From Schizochytrium sp. TIO01 (lineage: Eukaryota; Protista; Bigyra: Labyrinthulomycetes), in assembly GCA_004764695.1 (NCBI GenBank), contig SMSO01000007.1, positions 2,542,024 to 2,606,023 on the forward strand: a DNA stretch of 64,000 nucleotides. Reading direction: 5' to 3'. The position numbers and the translations under genes are program-made. The notes beneath the pieces are model-generated. The model was not told the origin of the DNA and did no database searches. It worked only from the letters and a program-made list of their open reading frames with translations. Shown one piece after another: positions 11,292-23,100 of the stretch; the first letter of the stretch is position 1, and every line of letters begins with the position of its first letter.

Positions 11292-12932
11292 TTAATTGTA
11301 TGAGAGAATCATACCATACCCAACTTTTGAGGATGCGACAGAGACGACTGTAGCAGATGATGGAAACGTAGCTGTATAACTGCCACCATAGTTAGCAGCT
11401 CCCCAGGCTCCAATATCACTATCCTCAGTGACTGCGAAAAAGGAGAAGTCATTCGAATAAATGGCAGAAACACCACGGCTGATGAGGGCATTCTTTGTCA
11501 TTGCACTACGTTCCGCAAATGTGAGATTAGTGTTGAGTTGGTAGAGAGTCTGGCTTGTTGCATCAATATAGGTGCTGCAAGTTTTGTAGATAGAGCAGCG
11601 TGTTGCGTTAGAACCAAGTGTATCATCATAGTTGAAGCTAAAGTAGGGGCAGTTTCTACGACTTGCGCAGTTGCGAGCGCAGGACTGAAGAGTATTGCTA
11701 GCTGCTAATGTGGGAGTTTTGCATCGCGCGAAGGTTGAAGCCACCTTGAATAAGGCAAGGAAATCGCCTTCAAGCTCTACTAGGGAACCGCCGTACTGCT
11801 CACTCCCCCAAGGCAACACATCTCCAGTCGACTTCATAGCAACAAAGGCAAAGGGGTTAGAATAAATGGTTGAAATGTCTCCGTCGAGACCCTTAAGGAA
11901 GCTGTCGCCACCGTACAAAGGGTCGCCCCAGGTCCTGACACTGCCGTCGTTCTTGATGACAGCAAAGGCAAATTTGGTGGCATACAGTGATGCCACACCA
12001 CGGTAGACCACAGAAGCCACTGACGAAAGATCTCCACCAATTTCAGCATCGCCCCAAGCCACAGCAGATCCTGCGGAGTTAATGGCAGCGAAAGCTCCGT
12101 AGGTGGCAGCAATCGACGTGACACCGGTGAGGTTAGCCTGCACAGAGGAGCTGTCACCACCGCGATCAGGGTTGCCCCAAGTGACCACAGAACCGTCTGA
12201 TTTAAGCGCTGCGAATGCACCGCCTTCGGCAGCAACAATAGACTCAACGTCACTTGAGAGACTAGATGAGACTTCCGACGAGTTTCCGCCCCAATCGGAG
12301 TTGCCCCAGGTCACTACAGAGCCATCAGTTCTCAATACTGCAAATGCGCGACGAGTGGAGACGATGGTGTTGACATCTACAGACATATCAAGATCATCTG
12401 GCACAGATGCACCGAAATATTCATCACCCCAGGCGATAATTTCTTTGCCAGAATTGACTGCCACGAAGACCCAGTCGTTCTTGAAGACTGCGGTCACATT
12501 CGTGAGTTGGGCCTGCACGCCACTCGAGTTTCCGCCAGTCCATGGTTCTGTATCGGGCCAAGTGACTACCGAGCCATCGTCTTTGAGAGCGCAAAATGCC
12601 ATGCGGTTGCCGATAACCGTTGTAACACCGCTGTTTAATGAGCTGGAGAGACTTGACGAGAGAGTGCCTCCACCTGCATCTGAGTTCCCGCGCACGATGA
12701 CCTGACCGTTCGCAAATAAGGCTGCGTACGCGCTACCTGTTGCTGCAATATCCGTCATCTCTGCCGTGTAGAGGGCTGCATTCGTAGACGCTGACCCGTC
12801 GCCGTATGAGTACATTTGATAGTACGAAGCTCCGTGCGTCGCGGCTATGGAGAGCACGAGCACAAGCAAGCGCGCCATGCCTGAGAAGGATGGCGTCATT
12901 GTTGAAAGAGTAGGTGATACGGGGGAGGGCAT
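11292..12932 (-). CDS. Secreted RCC1/BLIP-II-like repeat protein with a PAN/Apple-like Cys module
   Basis: Signal-like MARLLVLVLSIAATHGA (ATG options 12932, 12899, 12878). Repeated AFAALKSDGSVVTWG-x4-GGDSS units. CARNCASRRNCPYFSFN...RCSIYKTC module. Confidence 0.85.
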   Translation of the reverse strand: MPSPVSPTLSTMTPSFSGMARLLVLVLSIAATHGASYYQMYSYGDGSASTNAALYTAEMTDIAATGSAYAALFANGQVIVRGNSDAGGGTLSSSLSSSLNSGVTTVIGNRMAFCALKDDGSVVTWPDTEPWTGGNSSGVQAQLTNVTAVFKNDWVFVAVNSGKEIIAWGDEYFGASVPDDLDMSVDVNTIVSTRRAFAVLRTDGSVVTWGNSDWGGNSSEVSSSLSSDVESIVAAEGGAFAALKSDGSVVTWGNPDRGGDSSSVQANLTGVTSIAATYGAFAAINSAGSAVAWGDAEIGGDLSSVASVVYRGVASLYATKFAFAVIKNDGSVRTWGDPLYGGDSFLKGLDGDISTIYSNPFAFVAMKSTGDVLPWGSEQYGGSLVELEGDFLALFKVASTFARCKTPTLAASNTLQSCARNCASRRNCPYFSFNYDDTLGSNATRCSIYKTCSTYIDATSQTLYQLNTNLTFAERSAMTKNALISRGVSAIYSNDFSFFAVTEDSDIGAWGAANYGGSYTATFPSSATVVSVASSKVGYGMILSYN

Positions 12933-15900
12933 GTACACGATGAAAGGCGAGCAGGATGGCCCTCTGGCGAAGGTATGCCTGATGCCTGCCAGTGGCGCCG
13001 CACCAACGAAGCGCTTCGCCCTTTTCAGCACTGCCCTGGCTGCCCACTAGTTTTGCAGCTTGTTTTACTACCAGTGCTAGTACTCTTGATTTCGTGTGCT
13101 TGATAAATCCACTTTTTTTTCTTTTCCTAGTCACGCACTAGGCAGGAGTACTGAAAACTAAAATAACAAGATGGAGACTCTTCTTTCGTCGGGTTCCTCA
13201 GGCTTCCACTATATAGCTAACTAAGACCCCTTACTGACCACTGTTATCAAAGCATTACGCAACAAAGAACAATTGAGAGGATAGGAGCCACCTAGCGTTT
13301 ATGGCAACAGTTGTGGAATGGGCTCGTGCCGCCTCCATCTTTGCCCTTTTTGCTCTCTCTCGTTTTTCTTTTCAACCGGTCGTCACGGAATCAAGGGAAA
13401 GACCTTGCAAGCAAGACTGGAAGACTTTCAAGTAGCGTGTTTGCTTGCTTTGCTTGCTTGCTTGCTTGCTTGCTTTAGGCTGCTTGAATTTCAGCAGACC
13501 AGACAGTAACAGGCAGCGCTCGCTTGCTATCAACGTGATTCACTGTTTCTGCGTCCTTCCTTTGGGCATCGTCCGGCAACAGGATTGATGCGACTGCTTT
13601 TAATTTTAACTTTTTACTTGTTTGGAGGACTAACAGGCTTTCTCAGTGATCAACTAAGCTGCGTCTGCTCATTTGTAAACCGAAACAAGACAAAAGGCAT
13701 TATTGAAGGGTTCTTTGGACCCGCAACAGAGTCAAAGTGAGTCATGTTCTGATTGATGACAAGTCGGGGAGAGATTAACTTTCTTTTAAATCAACTTCTT
13801 TTAATCAAAATAGAGTTTTCATAAGAGGATAGTGGCTTGAAGTTTGGGTTGTTTCAAGGTCTTTCACCTTCTGAACTTAGAGAGTCGGCCGTGGGGACGT
13901 TCAACGTGTCCCCCATCGACCATATTGTAGCACGATCTGATAGGGGCATCATACAACTTTTGATCGAGTCGGTCCTTACTTAGTAGTAGTCCTATCTACC
14001 TATATAGGTGCTACTCCTTCCACTCGTTGTATTTATATTTATGATTGATTACCTATGCAATGAATGGTTCAAACTCTACTTTTGCGAGACAAGTTGTTCG
14101 GTAGAGGCAACTACTATACCATACCCCTCTGGAGTCAAAGACTCCCACTTGTCAGACGCAACTCCTTTAAATCGTTTCGATCCAAAACAATCACTTATTG
14201 GAGGGTGATGACCATGTTGATGGTCCATAGGTGCCTAGGTATGTGTACTTTGTAGCTTCAAGTCGCTCTCAGAGGCTTTCCGTATTCTTTGACTTCAAGT
14301 TGGGTTCGAGCCAGAACAATCACCTATTACTCGAAGTTTGACTTTACCCAAGTAAGAGAATAGGAAAAGGTCATGTCTAGTGAGGCTTTGATTGGAATTT
14401 TTTGTTTTTGTTTTGTATTTTTCTATGCAAAACCATTAATCAGTTCATGGCATGATAAAGGAGGAATATGTAAAAGTTATCGCTTTGACACAAGCCTGCA
14501 AGCCTTGTAAGTGTTACATGCTCTGTTTTTATCGCGAACTTTTCATGTGTAAGCTTTGTGTAATTTATCTTCTCTTGCTTTTTCTTCAGAAAACCTCCTA
14601 ATAGAAGAATGTCCTCGAGAATGTTTAGGTTCAATTCCATGACCACCACTTATGATGCAGGAATAAAAAGTAATCGTTATCACAAATACATATTACAACT
14701 AAAATCGAGCAGCATGATGCTTACAATTGAGCAGCTCTGCCAAGGGCGACTGTCCTGGCTAGGTCTGTATTGCTATAGCTACCTACCTACTATCAAAGAA
14801 TTCAGAGAACAAGGAGGATACCTATCTTTTGAGCTTTTTGTCCAAGCTAAAAGACTTCAAGGGTTGACTCTGACTAGTAGGGAGAGTACCTACTTTGCCA
14901 GGTTGCGGTCTTACTCGATAAACACTCTCAGGACGTGTGGGTGATTGTCTGGTTACAGAAGGTGAAGGATTGGTAGGAGTATCATGAACATTACTTTTGC
15001 TAGAGTCGGTAGGTTTAAAATAACAATTAAAATCCATACTAGGTGAGTGTCTAGTAGTAAGGAAACTATTACTAGGGTCCACTTTCAATAGGCTCTCTGA
15101 GAAATAGTTTGACCCCTACTTGAGCGAGGTCAAAGGAAAGTCAGCCCCTCCATAGGCGATAACTCTCCATTGCTATTACCTGAGCGATCTGCCAGAGGAT
15201 ACGATAGAATAATATCGCATTGGTTGACTCTGAAAAGACAATCAAGGTAAACGGCAAGGCATATCATCGTATATCGTTCCACGAGAGCGAGACCGTCTTA
15301 AACGGCTCATTGATCGTAGCTCAGTTGTAGTAGTATCGGAAGAGGCTTTTTTCATGAATTTAAGAAAAAGAAAAAGTTTTATGGTTCTTTGTAGTGAAAA
15401 GTAGGCAGGACTGGTAGTAAAGCGCAGATCAACTTGATAAAAGTTTCCACGCAACAGATCTTTATAACTTGAACTTAGTAGTACTACCTGATTTTTCTTC
15501 CCACGCGAGGGACGCTTTAAACATTTCTTGACGTGGGCTATAGCCGTTGGCTGTCACTTCTCGCACTTAAGTATATAGTAGGTACGACTGGATGCTTTGT
15601 TCAAGGTCAAAGAATATCGAAGTCAGCCGGTGTTCCCAAGCTGCTCACTCTATGTTTGTATTCACCAACCCCACACAACAGACACATCTTGTGAAGGGGA
15701 ATTGCAGTACCAGACGGATCACTTCAAGTAAGATGCTGGTCCAGCTACACAAAGAACCAATAGGAATATTTGAAATGAAGTAAACGCCACCGAAATTCTT
15801 GTGGTTTGAAACGGCTCATTATTCCCTTGGGGCCCAAAGTATATAACCGCTGCGAAGCGTACAAACTGGGCGAATATCATCTTCTTCTACTTCATCTTCA

Positions 15901-16339
15901 TTGTAACAGCAAGAAATTTGCGTAGTTATATTGTGCCTATCTTTTTTAAGGTTGTTTTGTAAGTGGTGCACATATGCTTTTAGAAAGTCAATCGATTGCT
16001 TGTGGATATACCTCTACGGTTCGCTTCACAAAGAAGAGCACTTCCCCGGCACAAGATCATCCGCTAGTTCGATTTCAAAAGTTGAGTAGTATATGTTAAG
16101 CATTTAGTAAATTTTGTTATTCATGACTGTCTGACTCTTTGCTTGGGTTTATGCCAGAGTCACAAAATTCCAACTCAAACACACAGTACTTTTGTCTATT
16201 TTTTATGACTATGATTTGGATTATGAATGTTGTAGGACTTTTTAGGAAGGAAAGAATAGGTAAGCTTTTCGAAAGATCAGGTAGAACTAGAACCTTGGAC
16301 CTGGTTTCGAGGAGTTGAAACATGTGGTGAAATGGTATA

Positions 16340-17461
16340 ATGGCCATAGATTCTCGCGTTCAATGTGCAACATGGGACATCAATGGCACCATCATCGAAA
16401 AAAGTCAGTGCTTTGGTGCTGGAGAGTGCAGCAACGACGGCTATTGCTTGTGCAGAGCAGGTTGGAGTGTTAGAGGGCCGCAGCTCCTTGAGGGCCCTCC
16501 ATGGTGTAACACAAACAGCATATTATTACATAGTTTACAAGGCATCTATTTGATTATTTGGGTTACTGCATTTTTAATCTTCTTCAAAAGCGTCGGTGCT
16601 GCAGCTCGGCGGCGGCATGGAGCTGCTCGATGGCAACTCCTTTTCAAAGCAACCCCAATCCTTTGTACGCATGTGTCGTCATTTGGACTCTGTATTCTAT
16701 GGTTTAAGAACGACCCCCAATACTACCTGGAGAGCCCCCTGGTCACAGCGCTTATGAACTTAGGAATGGCCTTTGGAGAAGTTGGACAAGTAATCTTTCT
16801 CCTTACATTTCGTAAAAGAGTCCGAATTATTGCCATGACGCACGATGTTTGGACACGGCCACTTCTTGATCGGGTTTTCCAAACTAACCGAAGTTTACTG
16901 GCCTTCTCATTCTGCATTTTAGGATGTTCACTGCTTACAACGCTTGGCTCCCTCACAGGGGATCTCAGACTTGTACAAGCAGGCTTCTTGACCATGGCTA
17001 TCGGAGATGCTGCTGTAACATGGTATACCTGGCAGATTATGACACACTTTGCACATATACTGCAAAGCATCGTGACACTCGTGCCTTCTGCTGTACGATC
17101 AAATCGATATTTAACAAAAATGTTATGGCGCTGTAAAGTTTTAATGTACTATGACCTCATTGCACAGGGACTCATGACGATCTTTCACCTTGTGATCGGC
17201 ATGGGCTTTTGGTATATCTTACCAGTATCTGAATACATTGAAATTGTTTTTATTACAGTAGGAATGTCAGACATTCTTGTCCATTCCTGCTTATCCGTCC
17301 TACGTAGAAGGCATTATCGAGCAACTGTTTTTGTCAAGCCTCGACTAATTGTTGAAGAGGTTGCTAAAGGTGCCGGTGAATCAGTCGTCGCTGACGAGGA
17401 CCCCACTCTCGACACGACTACAGAGCGGAATACACCGTCTGTGGAAATTATAGACTTATAA
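16340..17461 (+). CDS. Membrane protein: N-terminal EGF-like Cys motif plus about 7 hydrophobic segments (GPCR-like topology)
   Basis: CFGAGECSNDGYCLCRAGW...C followed by multiple hydrophobic stretches and an acidic C-terminal tail. Confidence 0.75.
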   Translation: MAIDSRVQCATWDINGTIIEKSQCFGAGECSNDGYCLCRAGWSVRGPQLLEGPPWCNTNSILLHSLQGIYLIIWVTAFLIFFKSVGAAARRRHGAARWQLLFKATPILCTHVSSFGLCILWFKNDPQYYLESPLVTALMNLGMAFGEVGQVIFLLTFRKRVRIIAMTHDVWTRPLLDRVFQTNRSLLAFSFCILGCSLLTTLGSLTGDLRLVQAGFLTMAIGDAAVTWYTWQIMTHFAHILQSIVTLVPSAVRSNRYLTKMLWRCKVLMYYDLIAQGLMTIFHLVIGMGFWYILPVSEYIEIVFITVGMSDILVHSCLSVLRRRHYRATVFVKPRLIVEEVAKGAGESVVADEDPTLDTTTERNTPSVEIIDL

Positions 17462-18566
17462 TGTATTCCCACCCTATCTACTGGGAAAGTAAATGTGTTG
17501 TGAATGTTGTAGCTGCACGTCACTCGGCATCTCCAAGGTCATACCGTAGAATGTATTCTAAAAAAAATATGTATCCTATTTATCATGGTTTCACAGATTC
17601 TGTTTGTGTGACCAACGCTAGAAAACGGCATGGCATTCTACCCATCTAGAGCTTTTGCCGGATTTCTAGTTTACCTCCCAATGATCGCGATGTTGCCGCA
17701 ATTCAATAACTGACGAGCTCGACATCATTTCTTTGCTTGAAAACAAGTTGCGCTCAAAAATGTTACAAGCTGACAAGCATGTTTGCGGTCTTGTCGCAAG
17801 TCACGCCTAAGACTTCCTAGTTTTGCACACCTTTTAAGCTTCAGAATAAGGCGATTGCCATCAATCATGATTTCACAAGGCATGTCAAATATAGTAGGGA
17901 TAACCCTTTTCACAATCCTCAGACGCATATGGGATGGCGCTTGCATCGCGAGCTGCGCCTCTGAGTTTCACGACCATTATAAGTACCCTACTACTAAATG
18001 TTCCTATTAGCATTGGTTTGCGTCATCGTCGCTCACAAACTTGGCCTATTACCTATTAGTACTGTTATAAAGGTACTAGGTAGGTAGAGTGAATTGCCCT
18101 ACTACTACTTTACCTACTTCAAGTCATGACGCTTGTTAATACCCCGCGAGAAAATGGATTCAAATGTAGATTTGATTTTACTCCAACAAGCAAGACATTG
18201 CGTAGGTTCAAGAAGCAAAAAGTAATGACTCAATATGTCTAGCTTGGGAAGCTTCGAATACTTATTGAAAACCTTAGTGCCTATTTTAAAGAAGAAAAAG
18301 TGGTATTATTAGTAGTAATTAATAGTAGCTACGATCAAGTTTAGGAGCACTTAGTACGACGCTTATAGATTTACACTGAACGTGCCATGGAGAGCAGGCG
18401 AAGAAGAAACAGAGACACAATCTGGAGCAGCAAACCAAGTTTAAGCAAAACTGCGGATTGAGATAAACAACAAGAAGTGTAGTATCAAAAGGGAGGCCTG
18501 GTCTTGTGAATTTGAAGAAAGTAGGAGGTATTTGTCTGTCGCCTTGGATAAGTACGGGGAGTCAAG

Positions 18567-19502
18567 ATGTCAGGCGTCGAGGAGGCAACAATGGTGGAAA
18601 GGTTCCGCAACTCGAACCTGTACTTGATGTTGAGGGTTGCTTTTGGGCTACAGCTTGACTCACAGGAACCAGAACCACAGCAGGTTAAAATTATTAGTGC
18701 TGCTTTGGCAAAATCTGGTACGAAGTCTATCAAGGCTGCCTTGGAAATGCTTGGATATCGAGTGTATCATGGTGAGGATTGTGCAAGCGATGATCACGTT
18801 ATTGCAGCCCAAGCTCTTATGCATAAAGATGGAGCTTTTGAGGAGTGGATGCAGAGTGTGCAGTCGAGAGGCTACAATGCCACGCTAGATGTACCCATGG
18901 CCTTTTTCTATGAAGAGATGATGCAGATGTACCCAGATGCAAAGGTCCTCCTCGCCACACGCAGCAATAGCACGACCTGGGCAGAAAGTTTTATCGAACA
19001 ATCCCAAGCATTCAGCCCCATCACTGGCTATCCGTTTTACTGGCTCATTCCAACATGGGGAGATCTTGTAGGGCCGTTTTCTGGCGGGCTGCAGCGTGAA
19101 ATGGGATGCAAATTTGAACAAGTCTGGTGGAACTCAACGATGTTTCCCTGGATTCGTGCTGTGTGGGACTATAAGATCGATGCTTCGGAATGCGCGAGGG
19201 GCATAGATGCTTACGTTTCCAAGGTTCGCGAAGTGGTTCCAAAGGATCGTCTCATTGAAATGTCTGTGAAGGATGGCTGGAAACCTCTGTGTGAAGGGCT
19301 CGGGCTCCCGGAACCTGATGTGCCCTTCCCACGTCTAAACTCTCGCGCAGAGATTGTAATTGGTCGAAACCTTTTGCGCGGTATTGCTGTAGCTTGGCCC
19401 TTTTTGGGAATCCTGAACCTCTTTCTTGGATTCCTGCTTATTCGCGCAGTTGTTCGCTGCCTCACAGGCAGAACAGGGCATCCCAAACGCAAGCTTGAGT
19501 AA
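18567..19502 (+). CDS. Sulfotransferase-like protein (Sulfotransfer_4 type) with C-terminal TM helix
   Basis: KIISAALAKSGTKSIKAALEMLGYRVYHG, YPDAKVLLATR, VPKDRL...KDGWKPLCEGLG..PDVPFPRLN. Confidence 0.88.
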   Translation: MSGVEEATMVERFRNSNLYLMLRVAFGLQLDSQEPEPQQVKIISAALAKSGTKSIKAALEMLGYRVYHGEDCASDDHVIAAQALMHKDGAFEEWMQSVQSRGYNATLDVPMAFFYEEMMQMYPDAKVLLATRSNSTTWAESFIEQSQAFSPITGYPFYWLIPTWGDLVGPFSGGLQREMGCKFEQVWWNSTMFPWIRAVWDYKIDASECARGIDAYVSKVREVVPKDRLIEMSVKDGWKPLCEGLGLPEPDVPFPRLNSRAEIVIGRNLLRGIAVAWPFLGILNLFLGFLLIRAVVRCLTGRTGHPKRKLE

Positions 19503-20162
19503 TTTGGCATAGTAGCTTACCTAACGAGTAAGATTTCTCATTTCAATATGCAATCTTTAACTCCTTTTATATTGCTTATTTTGCATCTTCTTTAAAAGGA
19601 GAGTCCTTGAACTAACAATGTTCAAATACGAATGTTTCTTTATTAATAAAATTGGTGCAGAGTCTCACTTGCAGCATCTGTCCCTTTCATTAGAAAAAGT
19701 GATCCTCTCCAACAGCTCCATATTGTCGCTTATGTCGTTATTGAAGTGTTTTCGCATAGGAACAATTTAATTAGTTCAGGCAGAAATTGAACGTGAAAAA
19801 AAAAAAAAAAAAAAAAAACGAAGAAGAAGAAAAGTGACTACACTTTCTAAAGACAGTGTAGGTGTGACGTGAAGTAGCAATAGATAAAAATGACGTACCT
19901 TGATTCTATTTGTATTTCAGTTTAGCGCCTGTCAGGACATATGCAGATATGGGCATGAAAAAAGTGAAGAGAACTAGTAATTTCTTCTTTCTTTTAAAAT
20001 AAATGTAAAGTGCAGTGCAAAGATTGATTTGTATTTTGTATTGAACATGTTCAATTTGTTGAGATTTTGCAGTTCGTGTCGGCATTCATTCGTTGTTGTA
20101 CGTCTTTAACTAGTTGTTTTAACAATGATATATTGTTTACCACAGGACTTTTTGTTTTTAAA

Positions 20163-23100
20163 TCACTCTACGCATAGACGCGGACCAGACGTGTACGCAG
20201 AGTCTTTTTGGGCTTCACCATCAGAATCCGCCAAAAGCTCACAATTCATTTTGCCGGACCCTTTGAGCTTATAATTCCAAAACAAGCATGCTTCTCTATC
20301 GAGACAAGCCTCTTGACATAGCTTCCAATTCTTGATTTTGGGCAAAATAGAAACCGTTGTGCCCGAGTATCTGGTTCTTTTGTTCTGACAGTATTGGATT
20401 GAGGAACTTTTGCCCGTTGAAGAAAGAAGCCCCGATGACCAGGTGGACTTTACAACAAATTCATAGTCACCTTCTTTGAGCAAGATGCATTTTTTACGCC
20501 TGCCGTAGTAAGTAAAAGCTCCGCAGCCCTCTTTATCAGCGCATTCTTGTTGACAGTCCGTACTACTTGCAACTCCAGTAATTGTGGTGAGCTTATTCAG
20601 CTTTGTCGGAACAATGTAAGTACCTTCAGTAATCACAAACTCAGCGTTAGCAGAGCAGCTATCAAACGCAACAGGCTCAGTGCCAGCTGCATAACCATAA
20701 TTTTCGCAAACGTTTGTAAGATCGTAGGATGATTTCTCACAGTAGTTACTATTGGTGGAGTTCTTCGTGCAGCCAGATGCCTTGAGCACAAGAGTACCAC
20801 CCCACATCACAGGTGGGATCCTCAAGCCTGAGTTTACAAAGTATGTCGTCCCGAGCTTTCCATACCCAGGAGTTTCAGAAAAGTCTAGGCTTCCCATTAC
20901 TTGTTGAAGGAAACGAAAGTACAATAAGCCACTTTCACTATCAAAGAAGTAGTTATCGCCATTTCCAGCAAGCAATGCGGCAACCGAAGACACTGCCGTA
21001 AATGGATGCTCACATTCTGCCCACGAGGTGCCGCACCAGGATGCAGCGACATACTTAATGTCGAAGGTTGTGCCCGCTGGATATGGAAACACAAGGATAA
21101 CGTTATCATCTTCGTCAATTTGCGCAAGCTTGAAAGTAGCTTCTACTGGGCTGCCCGAATCGAAAAGGAAGAGCCATCCAAATCCATTTACAGGGCCAGT
21201 TACCACAGTATTAGCAGAAAGGGGTAACCCTGAGTCCTCAGAAAGGCCTCGCTGAGCATGATACCCCAGATGGACAACCCGACCTAGTTTAGGGCATTCA
21301 ATGTTCTTGTTTCCATTGGAACATACTGCACCTGATGTCACAAGAGGTGGCCACTGAGGATCATGAACAACAGAAAAACTTGCAATACCGCGCCGATTGC
21401 CAGTAGTAGCTGATATCTGGTTGCACACATAGAAATCATTCTCTTTAAAGCAAGAATCGTCTGTATGCCACCATTCAATCCCGTCACGCGCGGCACCAAT
21501 GATCTTTGGCCCACTTGAACCGTCTTCTGCTCCATGGACACTACCGTCGGCGTCTAGCCAGTTTGATAGCCATCCACTCACGGACAGAAAGCTCGATACA
21601 GAAGGCTGAATAAGCATTGAACGGTCGATGTTTTCGTACTTGACATTGCGAGTGGCTTGTAAAAATCCAGGCACATAACGATCGGAGTGCGTGAGAAAGC
21701 GCCACACTGGTGAGTTAGTGGCAGCATCACCGCAGTTACGAGCCGTCACACCATCAAGAATGTGCGCTTGGTAGGTGTCATACCACTCCCAAAACATGTG
21801 CGTATTGAACCATCGTTTTTCGTAATAATGGGTTCCTGGGCGCTCTGGAGTAAACGTTTTAGTTCGGCAGACCCCGAGCAAATTTGTTACATAATGTTGA
21901 CCAAGTATTGCAACTGGTCGAATTACATCATGTGCCTCATAATTACGAATCGTACCGCGTGACCCCCAATTGTTAATACCATAGTTTGCTAAAAATACCT
22001 TGGTGTTGTTAAATTCCAAGGGGCAATCTGAGTAGCGATTACTGGGATTTGAGCTTTTTGGCTTTGTCAAACACTTTGTATCACGTCCACTTACTTCGCG
22101 GCCCGGATTGTACACAAGAGTGTCAGAATCCTCATCTGGTTGGGTCAGCTTGCCACCGACATAAATACAACCGCCCATGCTCCACCAAATGCCTGTAGAA
22201 TGGCAGGTGTTACCATCAAATTCTAAAAATGGTCGCTGATGAGGACTGAGACCAGGGTCAAACTTGAGATCACGATAATGCATTATCGCAGTGGGCATTT
22301 TGACAATTGCAAATCCAGCATAGCCACCCGATGCTGCATTTCCATAGTAACGATTGTATGCATTTGTGATGTAGAACCCAGAGGCTGTCACGTCTGCTGG
22401 CTGTGTAAGCTTATCAGAGCTATATACATCAGCCATATATTGTGCAGAAGCAGTTCGCGGAAATTCCATAAAATGAACGTGACTGGCTAGGTTGTAAGAT
22501 ACAGTATTGTTTTCCTCTACGCCATCCTCTCCGCTGTAAAAACAGTGCCCAATAGCATCAAAAGCGACGTTGTCCTGGATTAAGGAATGGTTAGTGCCGT
22601 GAATTGTTGCACAACGGTAAAAACTGTGATGAATACTGGAGTGCTTTAAGTAGGAGCCCTTACCACCTGCCTCCATAAGGTGTAAGTGAAAGGGATACCT
22701 AGCCATAACATTAGTCTGGCCCATACGATACAACTCGACGCCCTCGAATCGAGCAGTCGCCGCTGAACCAATACTCATAGTATGGCCACCAAAGCCAGTT
22801 AGATACGTATGTTCACAAGGATACGTTCCAAACGAGCTGTGCTCACAAATGGTATTCGCCGTGTCTGTGGGTTCTGAGGTTTCGTCACCCTGGATAATGA
22901 TATTTCGTGATAGCAACCCAACTTCACCTTGATATTCAGACCCACTATAGTGTGTATAGTCAACAGGCTCAGTCAAAGTGATGCGCGAGAACTCTCCAGA
23001 GATTTCTACGTTTTCAATCTTTCGCTGCTCATTCCGATGCCAATCGCGCGAATCCTTGATTTCTGTTCCGGTAAGCACAACTGTTTGGCCTGCTTGCCAA

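Noticed and set aside
13800-16100. Gene-poor tract possibly holding decayed retroelement sequence; 44400-45900 is similar
   Set aside because: No unambiguous motif, terminus or TSD found by eye.
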